From NCBI RefSeq assembly GCF_018350175.1, contig NC_058369.1, positions 4,092,001 through 4,156,000 on the forward strand: a stretch of DNA of 64,000 nucleotides. The letters are read 5' to 3'. The stretch is from Felis catus (Eukaryota). Both the position numbers and the translations under genes were made by a program. Of the stretch, positions 46,070 to 58,697 are shown piece after piece. Numbering within the stretch: position 1 is the first letter of the stretch; the number at the start of each line of letters is the position of its first letter. The notes under the pieces were generated by a model. The model had not been told where the DNA came from and made no database searches. It saw only the letters and a list, made by a program, of their open reading frames with translations.

Positions 46070-48619
46070 GTGGAGCGGGGGCCCTGGGGGCGGCAGGAGG
46101 TGGCGGGCGTGGGGGTCCTCGCGGCCGCGACGGGAGTCCCCTGGTCTCTGGGTCCGCCTCCGGCCCTTTTCGGGGCCTGCGCCTGGCCTGGCGCCGCGGG
46201 CTTCTCCCCGGCTCCTCCGAGGCCTCAGCGGGAGCGCCCAGCCCCAGCGGGTCCTGGGTGCGAAGCGCAGCGCCGCTCAGGAGACAGAAGGCAACCTCGG
46301 CGCGACCCGGGGACAGCGCCGCGGCCTTGCGGCGGGCGGCGGGGCACCTAGGCCGGGGGCCCCTGTTTTCCGCACCAGCCGCTGCGCGGAGGGCCTTCCT
46401 CTCGTTGTCCCATCGCAGCCAGCGAAAATGACAGGAAGCCCGGACACCCTGTTTTCCCGGGCGAGGTCGGGGGACTCGGCCAAGGTCACACGGCCGCGGA
46501 GACGAGGCGGCGGGACTGGAACCCGCGCCGGCCGCCGGGCGTTCTCCGAAGATGGAGATGCGCCTTGACCCGTGAGGGCCGACGCGCCTCGACCAGAGGG
46601 CTAATCCCCAAAGGCGTGCCAAGAGCGCTTCCAAACGCTTTAAAAAAAAAAAAAGACAAAAAAAGCGGGTTATGGGCTTGCCAGCCGCAGGTCCAGAAAA
46701 TCCCGGGGGAGGGAGGGCAGCGTTTACAGGGGCGACCGGGGCCGTAGAGACGGTGGCGGGAGGAGCGCGGAGGCCGCGTCAGGCCTTCACCCGGGCGCAG
46801 GCAGCGTGGGGGCTCCCGTCCGGGCGTGTGGACGCCGGGCTCCGCGGCCCGGTCGCGGGCGTGGAAGCCCGGGGACGCTCCCCGAGCCTGTGTGTCCCCG
46901 GACAGAAGGGACGGGGGCGCCCTCGTGGTCGGATCAGCCGAGGTCGCGCGAACCGGGCTTGGCGCGGTGCCTGTGGCACGAGAAGGGGCGGCGGTGGGTC
47001 CGGCTCACTCTGCCCCCCCCCCCCCCGTGCGGCTTGTTTGCAGAGGCGGGATTGTCGTGACCCCCACCGTGAGGAGCCCCGAGGGGCCGGCGCGGAAAGC
47101 ACGCGTTAGCTACACGTCTGGGCCCTTCGGTTCCCCTTTCCGCGCGTCGCGCTTGGCTCTTTGCCTTTTCCCCTCCGCCCGGCATTATCTGGGGCCGTCT
47201 CCCGGGGAATCTCGGCCTCCCCGGCCGGCGGCCCCGGCAGGCGACGTGATTTGTGATTCTGTCCCCCCTCCTGGCTCCCAGACAGTCGGGTGTCACGGCT
47301 TTATTTGTTACTGACCACCGTTCAGAGGAAGCGGGGGTTTCCTATTTTCCGAACGAGGAAGCTCGGACTTGCGAAGCAGGAGTCGATTAGCTCCGAGTCG
47401 GTTGGGCCTTTCTGGCCGGAGCTTGTGTTTCTCTCGCCATGGATACCGACCTCCTTTGTTCGAGACTCGGCCTAGTCCGTCAGCCGAGACGTGTACCTTG
47501 GCGGAAGTGCCCGCAGGCCGAGGGCTGGCACCTGGGGAGTTGGGGTCGGCTGCTTAGCCGCCGGGGCCCCCCGTCGGCAGGGGCCAATCGGGACCTCTAC
47601 CCTTTTTTCACCCCAGACGGTCTGCGAGGCTGATAGGACGGCGTTGAGCCTTCCTGTCACGTTGGTGGCTGAGACCGGCTGGTGTGGGGCTTCGGGGACC
47701 CTCCCGCACCGTCCTCCCTGAGCCGGCTTTGCTTCCTCCTCTGCCCCTTCCTTTTCTCAGGGATGCGGAGATCGTGCAGAAATGCCGTCCGCGTTTGTGT
47801 TCATCCGCTCCCCTGCCCCAGCGAGTCCGGAGCTACTGCTCCTCCTTTCCTTCTCTGTTTTTAGCACCTAGTGTCCCTTCTCCAGCCATTTTTCCAGGAA
47901 GGAAATGAGGAAGAGGCGGAGGGAGCACAAGGCGTGTAGTTCACCGAGCTCTGTAAGGCTGACTCAGAGCCCGCAGTGCCCCTAGAGATGGTCCTGTAAA
48001 CACGGCACCCAGGGGAGGCGGACCCCAGGGGAGGCGGACGGAGGGGCAGAACGGGACGCCTCGTGTCTGGGGGCAGTTCTCTGTTCCCCCTGCGGGAGGG
48101 ATTCCAGAATCCTCCGTGGCCAGGAAGAACATGGGGGCCTTCTGGTTGTGCTCTCCTGGGTCCCAGAGCGGAACTTCCACTTCTTCCTCCTTGTCTGGCT
48201 TTGGAGAGAAGGGACTTTCTTTGCTCCTGGTGTGGGCTGGATGTGGAAGCTCCTAAGACCCATTTCAGGTTCAGCCTTCCACGCCGGAAAACTCCTTCCA
48301 ACCTGAAATTCCTGAAGCCACCGACAAATAAAACACAGCGTTTGCAGCAGGTTTAAATAGAACTCGTGCTCACAGGAGAGCGTAGCACCGAGAGACAGGG
48401 TTCTGGGTAAAGCCGGAAAGCACAGCCCGGCGTCCGTGGAGGTCATCAGCGACCTGCCCGGTTCCAGTTTGCCGAGTGCCTCCTCGGTGCTGGGCATATT
48501 GTGCCCATGTTGTGCCCATATTGTGGGTGTGGGCTGTTCAAGTGAAGGACAGGCTCTCGGGATGGGAGGTCCGGCTTGCCAGGAGAGCCTGATAATCCTG
48601 TATCCTTTCAGGTGGGTCC

Positions 48620-50110
48620 CCTAGCGGTTAAGAGCGAGACCTTTGGAGTCAGTCAGAGGTGTGGGTGACCTGATGAGGTAGTACGTGTCAGTTCAGTCTT
48701 GTGCCGCACACGCTATGATCTCAGCCCGCGAGCGTTAGCACGTAGTCTGTCCAGACGGTGCTAAGTGTAGGCACGGCATGGAGAGGGGGTCACAGAGGGT
48801 CAACAGCACATTGCTGGGTGAAGTCGTAGGGAATGGAAGAGAGTGCTTTTCCCTTTTCGAGTTCTTCTTGGTCCAGGAACAGAATAAACTGGGTTGTGGT
48901 GATGATAGTGTTAAAACAGCTGATTGTTGAGTGCTGGATTTACACAGATGATAGAGTTCTCGGGATGACCTTCTAGGGTGAATACTTTCATCAGCCTCAC
49001 GTTCCAGAGGGAACTATTCAGAGTGAGTAAACGTGCCTCAATCCATACAGCTAAGGACTGGTAGAGTCTGACTCCAGAGTCATTGTTCCAACATAGAGCT
49101 AGACCACAGAGGGGTTGGGGGGCAGCCCTTTCCTGAAGTCTCCATGAAAGTCAAGTCTGCATGTTGCCTTTTTTGGTTAACTTTTTCTTTTTAACCTTCC
49201 CTTTAGGCAATTGAAGATGAAGGGGGTAATCCTGATGAAATTGAAATTACCTCTGAGGGAAACAAGAAGACGTCAAAGAGATCCAGCAAAGGTATTGAGA
49301 ATCTTACAAGCACTGCTAACTTTAGGAGCTCTCTTCACAATTACTTTCTCTGCTAATGTGCCTGCCTGCTTACTTGGCTGTGTTTGCGGCCTGTGGACTG
49401 CCCTGTGACTCCAGAGGGCCTGGAATGAAGCTTTGCGTTTCCAGTAAGATTCTTCTAGTATATTTTGTTTCTCTGGTATTTAGGAACTCAGAGCGGGAAG
49501 GGTATTTACGTATTTGTTCATTTTACTCTGTAGGTTTCTCAGCAGCTCTTGTTTGTCCAGACTCTTAACTTTCTTCTTTACATAGAGAGTATTTAGGACT
49601 GCTTGGGTCTCCTATTTCTCTGACTTGCAAAACATAACTTCTTTTTTAAATACCACCTGGCCAGAACAAGGCTCGTCACTCTTACAGCATTGCTTTCAAA
49701 ATGGCCTACTGCAGAAATGCCACATTGCACGTGGCATTAATGATCTTCACTATCTCACCCAAATCTCTGTTTCTTTCTTCACCCCTACCACCTTCCTCTA
49801 CTACATCCTGGGATTTAGTCAGGCCCCAGACGTGTTTCCTTTCTTGAACCTCTTTGCCTGAATTTACGTGTTGCACCTCCCCTTTTTCCCCCTCTGTCTG
49901 CATTCAAGTCTTTGTCCATCAACAGACAACTGTGATCCCATCGGCAACAGCTCTTCCCTCCTTAGATCTTCTACAGTGCGATGACCTGCCTCCTTATACT
50001 TTGCTTTAATGCTTATGTCACCTTGTCAGTGTTGAGATTGTGGAGGGCAAGGGCTCTATCTTCCTTGTCTTTCTTTTTCTTCAGTGTTCACTCAGTAATT
50101 TAATTCAGTA
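48620..50110. mobile_element. MIR fragments (about 48620-48770, 48900-49090) and L2 (about 49620-50110) around SAFB exon 2
   Basis: Diverged MIR and L2 motifs. Confidence 0.5.
49207..49291 (+). CDS. SAFB: SAFB exon 2
   Basis: AIEDEGGNPDEIEITSEGNKKTSKRSSK(G); 85 nt; long T/C tract and TAG acceptor. Confidence 0.96.
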
Positions 50111-50554
50111 ACATTCAGCTACTCTTTTAAGAAAGAATCCATTAAAACTGAGCATTTGAACTGTTCTGAAAGTTCTGTTGATAATTGGTGGTTTTGTTGC
50201 TCAAGCCCAAAAACAAAATGAAATCTTTATATTGTCTGGCCAGTGGTGAAGAATTGGGTTTGAAATGTCTAAGACCAATGTCAGTCCCACTGTGTGGTGT
50301 GAGCTCTTGGAGAAAAGCAGCCAGGTGACTTGACTTTGGAATGAAGTCACTTCTGTGGTTTATAGTACATTGTGCACTTTTGGCTTTGTCCAAGTAAATG
50401 TCTTTGCCAGGGCAAAGAGTACTGGAAAATCACAGAAAGATGGTCACCCTGGAGGGAAATAGAGCCTGTTGGATCTCTTTTTCTTTTTGATTGGAAAAAG
50501 AAGAAAGAAAGAAAGGAAGTAAAGTATTCTAAGTGGGTATTTTGTTTTTGATGT

Positions 50555-51730
50555 TTTTTAATCTTTATTTTTTTTTAAAACATTTATTCAGTTTTGAGAG
50601 ATGGAGAGAGACAGAGCTTGAGTGGGGAAGGGGCAGAGAGAGAGGGAGACACAGAATCCAAAGCAGGCTCCAGGCTTTGAGCTGTCAGCACAGAGCCGGA
50701 TGCGGGGCTTGAACTCACGAACCGTGAGATCATGACCTGAGCCAAAGTCGGATGCCTAACCGACTGAGCCACCCAGGTGCCCCAGTTTTTGTTTTTTAAA
50801 CACAGACATGTATTAAGTAAAATGTAGAAGTTCCTTTTTTCCCAGTTATTAGAAGGTTGGGGATACTTTCCTGGACTTTCCTGTGTATATGCAGTCTTTA
50901 AAAAAATGCACAAAGACACGTATACAGCTGTACAAATATATTTTTCTCTTTAAGAAAATAGGTCTGGGACACCTGGGTGGCTCAGTCAGTTAAACGTCCA
51001 ACTTTGGCTTAGGTCGTGATATCCCAGCTTGTGGGTTTAAGCCCCGTGTCAGGCTCTGTGCTGGCAGCTCAGAGCCTGGAGCCTGTTTCAGGTTCTGTGT
51101 CTCTCGCTCTCTACTGCTCCCCCACTAGTGTTCTCTCTCCTTTCAAAAATAAACTTAGGGGGGAAAAAACCAGAAAATAGGTATTAATTTACGAAATATT
51201 TTGTGGGTTGCTTCTTTCACTTACCATTTTACGGGCATTCCGGTGATTACAGGTAAAAAGACCTGATTTCTTAAATAGCTTAATAGTAATGTTTCATATC
51301 AACATTCCACAACTTAGCTCATCAGTTTATTACTAGACTGTTGAGATTTTTTTTCCCAGTTTTTACTTGGTATTTTCAGTGATCTTTGCTGCCGTGAATC
51401 AGAAATATCTTTGTGTATTTAAGGGAATATCTTTTTTGGTAACTTTTAATAGAAGAAGAATTGTGGGGTTAAGATATGTGCCTTTTATGTTAAAATAGCT
51501 ACTGACAAATGGGGGCCCCTGGGTGGCTCAGTCGGTTAAGCGGCCGACTTCAGCTGAGATCATGATCTCGCAGTCTGTGGGTTCAAGCCCCGTGTCAAGC
51601 TCTATGTTGGCAGTTCAGAGCCCGGAGCCTGCTTCGGATTCTGTGTCTCCCTCTCTCTCTGCCCCTACCCTGCTTGCTGTCTGTGTCTGTCTCTCTGTCT
51701 CTCTTTCTCAAATAATAAGCATTAAAAAAA
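50555..51730. mobile_element. Can-SINEs in SAFB intron 2: 50555-50783 (-), 50966-51170 (+), 51512-51730 (+)
   Basis: Heads and tails recognisable. Confidence 0.9.
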
Positions 51731-52116
51731 AGCTACTGACAAATGGCTCTTCAACAGGCTATACTGTTTAATATCCCTACCAACCACAGGGAGGGGGAGT
51801 GTCTATTTAAACTCTCCCTCAATGTTGAATAGTATGTATTTTTTTAAATGTTGTCTCTTATGTAGAAGAGAGGTATCATATTTATCTGCATTTCTCCACA
51901 GGTAGTTTTCATTTGTATTTCTTTACATAGATTAAACAGCTTCTGGTAATTGGCCATCTGTATTTTCTTAATTGCCTTTTCATTTCATGCCCTTTGCCCA
52001 CTTTTCTGCTGAGTTTGTTTTACTGACTTTTGAGGACTCTCTATAAAAACATTGCAATTGTTTTTTCCTATTTTAAAATTTAAACTTGTTCGTGATGTTT
52101 AGGTTGTTTTATTTAA

Positions 52117-54380
52117 ATTTTTTTTTTTAGTTTTATTTATTTATTTTGCGAGGGACAGAGAAGAGAGAGAGAATCCCAATCTGCACTGTCAGCACAGAGC
52201 CCAACGCAGGGCTCACCCAAGAACTATGAGATCATGGTACCAACAGTTGGGCACTAAACTGTCTGAGCCACCCAGGCACCTCAGGTTGTTAAAGTTTTAA
52301 TTTTTAACACAGGCTGCACTGTCAACCTACCCATTCTATATGGTTTCTAGATTTTATGTTGTGTTTTAAAAGGCCTTCCTTTCCTTTAAAACTGTAAAAA
52401 ATATTCTGTATTGTAGAGCAACGTTTATTTTATTTTTTAATTTGGGTGCTTAATTCATTTGGAATTTACTTTTGCGTATGGTGTGAGGTAGGTAGGGATC
52501 CAAGTATATGGAACAGTGTTATCCAATTCCTTGTCCTTTCCCAGTCACATTCCCTTGAGCCCCCTCACACCCTCCCTAAAAAACATTTGTTGTGATTACT
52601 TGCACGGTAGATTACTTTTGCCTCTTCTAGGACTTCGTGTCAAACAGAACCATTCAGTACAAACTCTTGCACCAGGGTCTTTGGTTGGCATAATTCATTC
52701 TATTCTGGAGCTCTGCAGTACATTTTGATGTTTGATAGGGCAAGTATGTAAGTTCTACTGAATTATGTTCAACAACTTTATTGCATTTTAGCAAGATTTT
52801 TTTTAATATGTATTTTGAGAGAGAACTTGCACACTCGGCAGGCATGCGTAAGTGGGGTAGGGGGCAGAGGAAAAGGGAAACAGAATCCCAAGCAGGCTTC
52901 ATGCTGTCAGTGCATGCCCGATGCAGGGCCCCATCCCACCACCTCGAGATCATGACCTGAGCTGACATCAAGAGTAGGACACATACCTGACTGAGCCAGC
53001 CAGGGGCCGCCACTTCAGCAAGATTTTAATGAAAATAAAGTTCTTTTTTCTGGCCCGATTGGTGGACAAACTCCATGGTTTAAAATCTGCATGTTGGTTA
53101 TTTTAATCAGAATCTTAGAACGTATGTCTGAGGTAATCTCAGCATTTGTCTAGTGTAGGGTCATACCAGTAATCTGTTAGGTAGAGTTTTTTTGTTTTTT
53201 TTTTTTTAATTTTTTTTTTTTTCAACGTTTATTTATTTTTGGGACAGAGAGAGACAGAGCATGAACGGGGGAGGGGCAGAGAGAGAGGGAGACACAGAAT
53301 CGGAAACAGGCTCCAGGCTCTGAGCCGTCAGCCCAGAGCCTGACGCGGGGCTCGAACTCACGGACCGTGAGATCGTGACCTGGCCGAAGTCGGACGCTTA
53401 ACCGACTGCGCCACCCAGGCGCCCCGAGTTTTTTTTTTTTTTTTTAATGTTCATTTCTTTTGTGATCAAGTGCATGTGCGTGAGGGAGGGAGGGGCAGAG
53501 AGAGGGAGAGCGAGAATCCCAAGCAGGCTCCAAGTTGTCAGCGGGGCTCTGTCTCCTGACCCTGAGATCATGACCTGAGCCAAAACAAGAGTTTAATCAG
53601 CTGAGCCACCCAGGCACCCCTAAGCAGAATGTTTTAAAATAATTGTCAGAAAAGTAAATTTAACTGGAAAAAGCAAAACTGATACGTTTGCTTTTTAGCC
53701 AATACGTGATCCTGTGCTGCTGATTTGTTTGACACAAGTTAATATTAGAGAAAAGATGTAAGACTGAGAAATTTTTGTGTATCCTTTGTCCAGATTCCCC
53801 AGATGTTAGGATTTTACTACCTTTTTTTATTCTCCTCCCAGCCTTCGTGTGTATGTATACATATGTATGTATGTTTTGTTTTGTTCCTGAATTATTTGAG
53901 AATGATTTGCTGGCATGTGCCCTTTTGCCCTACATACTCCAGTATTGCCTAAAAGCAAGGGTATTACGTAACCATAGTCATCAAAATCAAGACGTTAACA
54001 TCGATAAAGTTGTCTAAGCTCAGACCTTATTTAGACGTTAGGCTCTTCACGGCTCAAAAGGAAGAAAAAGCCAGGGTCATGCATTGCATTCAGTTGCCAT
54101 GTCTCTTTGGTTTCCNNNNNNNNNNNNNNNNNNNNNNNNNNNNNNNNNNNNNNNNNNNNNNNNNNNNNNNNNNNNNNNNNNNNNNNNNNNNNNNNNNNNN
54201 NNNNNNNNNNNNNNNNNNNNNNNNNNNNNNNNNNNNNNNNNNNNNNCGAGGCAGGCTCCATGCACTGTGCGGTGAGCACAGAGCCCGACACCGACACCAG
54301 TCTCCAGCTCATGAGCTGTGAGATCATGACCTGAACTGAAGTTGGACATTCAACCGACTGAGCCCCCTCCCCAGGTGCCC
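52117..54380 (-). mobile_element. Five minus-strand Can-SINEs (52117-52282, 52795-53011, young 53187-53425, 53428-53621, 54247-54380)
   Basis: Reverse heads and T-tails. Confidence 0.88.
54116..54246. other. Assembly gap (131 N) at a SINE tail
   Basis: N run directly followed by the remainder of a minus-strand Can-SINE. Confidence 0.99.
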
Positions 54381-55169
54381 GTCTGTAACAGTTTTTAAGA
54401 TTTCTATTGTATTCTTGATACTGCCATTTTTGAAGACTACAGATCAGTTATTACGAAGGCTAGTTTGTTTGTTTTTTTAATTGGGGTTTGTTTATTCATT
54501 CATATTTCTTTTCCTCATTAGGTTCAAATTATACACTTTGGTCAGCAGTACCAACAGAAGTGTTGCTCTTCTTGGTGTATCCTCTCTGGAGGTACATGCT
54601 GTCCATTTGAGTAACTGACTTAAAGTGGTGTTCCTCCCTTTTCTCCACTGGAAAGTTACTATCTTACTCTTTGTAACAGTATCTATGAGAAGGATACTTT
54701 GAGACTTTTGTTCATATCTTGTTCATTCTCCATTACTTTTGGCATCCATTAGGTTAGCCATTGGTGAGTTTTTAAATGTATTATTCTATCTACATTTATT
54801 CGTCTGTTTTCTGCCATAAGGGATGGCTTGCTCTTCTCCTTTATTTATCAGTGTGAATTTAGAGATTCTTACTTTGTTCAGTAAGTTGTTAAACCTTATG
54901 ATGATTATTTTGATGTTCAGATTGTTCCAGTGAGAGCCCTCCAGTCTGACTCACGTGTCTTTTGACATGTCCATGTCACTCTTTGACCACTTTCTTATTT
55001 TCTGGCACAAGAGGGTATTTCTCTAGTACTTTCCTGCTGTACCTTGGGAATCAGCCATTTCTTCCAGGCACCCATGTTCTTTTTTGTGGAGAGCAGTACC
55101 CTGCTACTGTGATGTCCATTCCTCGTGGGCCAGTGCTGGGTTTGTAAGGTCTGTTGGACTGAATGTGCC

Positions 55170-56950
55170 TCATGAAATGAAATACTGTTGAAGCAATCAG
55201 ATTAGCCAGTGACAGCTTCAGAAATATGAAAAAATAAAGTTCTGGCTAACGGGAACAGTGTACCAACTGAACTTGCTAGCTAGTTAAAATTGTTTATTCT
55301 CTTGGATTTTGGAGGTGGCAGAAATACTTGTAAATCAAAGACAAGGTGGGTGTAAAAGGTAGTATGTTTAGTGTCCTTAAATAGCAAAGCTAATAGCAAT
55401 ATTCAAAACCTGTGACATGACTAATTTTGAGAACATTTTTCTAGATGTGATGATTTCATATTAGAAAGTTGTCAGTTATTCCTAAAGTGATCTAAAAAGA
55501 AAATGTATAAGAATAACTAAGTTGTGGGGCGCCTGGTGATCTCAGCTCAGGTCATGATCTCACAGTTCACGGGTTTGAGCTCCACGTCGGGCTCTGTGCT
55601 GACGGCGTGGAGCCTGCTTGGGATATTCTCCCTCCCTCCCTCCTCTCCGCCCCTCCCCTGTGCATGCACACTCTTGCTTTTCTCTCCATCAAAAGAAATA
55701 AACAAATATTAAAAAAAATAAAATAAAATAAAATAATGGAAAACCAGTGATGTAGAGTTGCTCTAATTTTAATAGGATATCAGAAACTGGGAATTTTGAG
55801 GATTTGTTCCTCTTAAAAATGGCACTGAGGGTTTTTCAGTAGATGATGCTGGAACAGCTGGCTGTCTATCTCATGGTGGGAAAGGATCTGTTCTTCCTCC
55901 TTCCAGGCCAAATAGAAAATTCTGGCTAGGATGGTACTTTGATAGTTACCCTGGTGAAGACCTGAAATGACACTAAAACCGACAGACAAGAAGGCTAATA
56001 AACTTAGCTGCACAAAAGGTTTAATCCTCTCAGCAAAAGACGACGTAAATAACTCAGATGCAACAGATTGAGAGCAAGTATTATAGAATAAGGAAAATAA
56101 GTACCTGGGGTCTCATTTGGTTAAGTGTCTGACTTTGGCTCAAGTCACGCTCTCATAGCTCATGAGTTTGAGCCCAGTGTCGGGCTCTGTGTTGACAACT
56201 TGTAGCCTGGAACCTGTTTCGGATTCTGTGTCTCTGTCTCTCTCTGCCCCCCCCCCCCCCGCCCCCATTCGTGCTCTCTCTCTCTCTCTCTCAAAAATGG
56301 ATAAACACTAAAATTTTTTTTAATAAGGAAAATTCACAGTCCAGTTGACAAAGTAGAGATTATGAACAAGTGGTTCATGGATCAAAGAAAAAACATTGGC
56401 CTGTATAATGAAAAAAGATTCTTTTGCGGGTAATTGAAGGAAAGCAAAGAAAAAAATAGAGTTCTCATTTTGGCCTCTCACCCTGGCAAAATTTTATACC
56501 GTTCTAATATTCCATGTTAGCAAGGATGTGCGGAGTTGGCAGTTTTTGGAAATGATTTAATGAATCTTTTCGGGCGCGCCTGGGTGGCTCAGTTGGTTAA
56601 GCAGCCAGCTTCGGCTCAGGTCGTGATCTCACAGTTTGTGAGTTCGAGCCCCGCATCGGGTTCTGTGCTAACAGCTCAGAGCCTGGAGCCTGCTTCGGAT
56701 TCTGTGTCTCCCTCTCTCTGCCCCTCCTCTGCTTGTGCTGTGTCTCTCTCAAAAATAAATACATGTGAAAAAAAATTTTTTTAATAAAGCCTCTTTGCGT
56801 GGGAGTCCCTAACCTAAGGAATATCCACAGTACAAAATAAAAGATGGAGGTGGATTAACATGTAGTGCAAGAAAACGAGACTGAATCTTTTATTCGTGAA
56901 GTAAAAATGACAGTGAGGAGTGTGACTGTGTTTGAGCATATGATTGCATA
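55170..56950 (+). mobile_element. Fragmented old L1ME-like ORF2/3' pieces sense to SAFB
   Basis: A-rich; TTTTTCAGTAGATGATGCTGGAACAGCTGG resembles the ORF2 KWCWENW region. Confidence 0.55.
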
Positions 56951-57117
56951 AATGTTTGTGTAATAGAATACATTTTATTTTATTTTTTTAAGTTATTTAC
57001 TTAAGAGAACGAGCAGGGGAGGGGCCGAGACAGGGAGAGCGAAGCAGGCTCTGTGCTGACAGCAGAGATCCTGGCGCAAGGCTCAAGCTCAGGAAAAATG
57101 AACCACCCGGGCACCCC
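55525..57117. mobile_element. Can-SINEs 55525-55735 (+), 56105-56320 (+), 56571-56785 (+), 56975-57117 (-)
   Basis: Heads and tails recognisable. Confidence 0.88.
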
Positions 57118-57601
57118 TAATCAGATACGTTTTAAAAGTAATGACCTGCCCGCATGCATCTGGCCACTCGTGCTTTGGGGGGACCCTGGCAGAGTCGGAG
57201 GAGGCAGTTAACTGGTGAGTCCTGAGGCAGAAAGAAGCTCAGGGGAGGAAGAGGAGAGGGCATCCCAGGCAAGAGGGCAAGGGACAGGTTCCCGCTCTAC
57301 AGGTTACCGATGCCAGAGCAGAGTGAGTAGAGCAATACCTTGTAGTTAGGAGCTGTGAACAAGGATGCTGTTTACTCCGGAGGAAGGATTTGAGGGGCCT
57401 CCTTTTCTCTTGACAGAACGATGGCACTTTGACCTATTCTGGAGAGCTGTAGTTTTCATTTTTACCCATTTTGGATCGACTTAAATACCTGTCTTCTCTT
57501 TAGAAGAGTGGCTTTTCCCAAGTAGTTGCTCTCAGTAAGCTTCCCGACCAGCGTTACGCTTTTTGTACTGAAGCCTGTTCTTCCGAGCACACGTTCTCTT
57601 G

Positions 57602-58036
57602 AAGCGCCTGGGTGGCTCAGTTGGTTAAACTTGCAACTTCGGCTCAGATCACGATCTCGTGGTTCGTGAGTTCAAGCCCTGTGTCGGGCCCCCATCTCGG
57701 GCCCTGTGCTGACAAGCTCAGAGCCTTGACCTGGCTTCCGATTCTGTCTCTCTGTCTCTCTCTCAAATAAATATTAAAAAACAAAAAGCAAACCACATAC
57801 ATGTTCCTCTTGACCTCTCTTTTGATTTCTTTTTTTTTTTAAATGTTTATTTATTTTTGAGAGAGAGAGCATGAGCGGGGGAGGGGCAGAGAGAGAGGGA
57901 GACACAGAATCCGAAGCAGGCTCCAGGTTCCGAGCTGTCAGCACAGAGCTCAATGTGGGGCTCGAACCCACAAACCATGAGATCATGACCTGAGCTGAAG
58001 TCGGACGCTTAACCGACTGCGCCACCCAGGAGCCCC
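57602..58036. mobile_element. Tail-to-tail Can-SINE pair 57602-57785 (+) and 57828-58036 (-)
   Basis: Opposite orientations about 40 nt apart. Confidence 0.9.
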
Positions 58037-58499
58037 TCTGCTGATTTCTTACTTGAGAGAGCTCCCCCGTGAGGAGTCTGGGCTGCAGTGTGCCCGTGCT
58101 GCTGCTCTGGAGCAAAGGTGACTGTGAACGTGGAAAACTGATTTTGCTTGTGGGAAACCTGCTGCCTCTTGTGGAAGGGAGAGATCAGTAAAGGGTTGCA
58201 AGTTCACGGTGACCTACTTAGATTTTTCCTAGTAACTAGGATGTACGAGGTATATATTCTAGAATGATACCAGCTTTATCAAATATAATCCATGGACATG
58301 CTGCTAGTGCATCTTCTTGGTATATTTATATATAAAGAGCGCTGGGTTGAGTTCCAGACATTTTTTTAAAGCTTAAGGCATATTTTGCCATGGAGATATT
58401 ATAAAACGCTAACGGTGTTCCCCGCCAGCCACTAAAGACTATTTGCACATAATGTTTTGAATGGTGCTGTTAGTGTCATGTTCTTGGGTGGGGGGGGAG

Positions 58500-58697
58500 G
58501 GTTAATGTTTATTTTTGAGAGACAGAGTGTGGGTGGGGGAGGGGAGGGGCAGAGAGTGAGGGAGACACAGAATCCGAATCAGGCTCCAGGCACCGAGCTG
58601 TCAGCACAGAGCCTGACCTAGGGCTCGAACTCAAAAACATTGAGATCATGACCTGAGACAAGTCTGACGCTTAACCCAAAGAGCTACCCAGGTGCCA
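58500..58697 (-). mobile_element. Can-SINE
   Basis: Reverse copy. Confidence 0.88.

Larger units (their letters stand above)
44000..48150. promoter_or_regulatory. CpG island over the SAFB2/SAFB bidirectional promoter and both first exons
   Basis: Very high GC and CpG density, no SINEs; boundaries approximate. Confidence 0.9.
51180..55070 (-). mobile_element. Fragmented old L1M pieces antisense to SAFB (interrupted by SINEs)
   Basis: T-rich segments resembling reverse ORF2/3'UTR at about 51180-52520 and 53770-55070. Confidence 0.55.

Noticed and set aside
45061-46351. Mirror-image long ORFs (334 aa minus, 377 aa plus) running in frame through the promoter into each first exon, including an in-frame MAPPKRK ATG at 45467
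   Set aside because: Very GC-rich, stop-poor sequence plus antisense of SAP exons. The upstream ATGs lie beyond the likely TSS of the respective gene. Would need CAGE/ribo-seq support.
44877-46500. MIR-like CCAAGGTCACA relics in both first introns as evidence of mirror duplication
   Set aside because: They are in the same genomic orientation, not mirrored, so they are independent insertions
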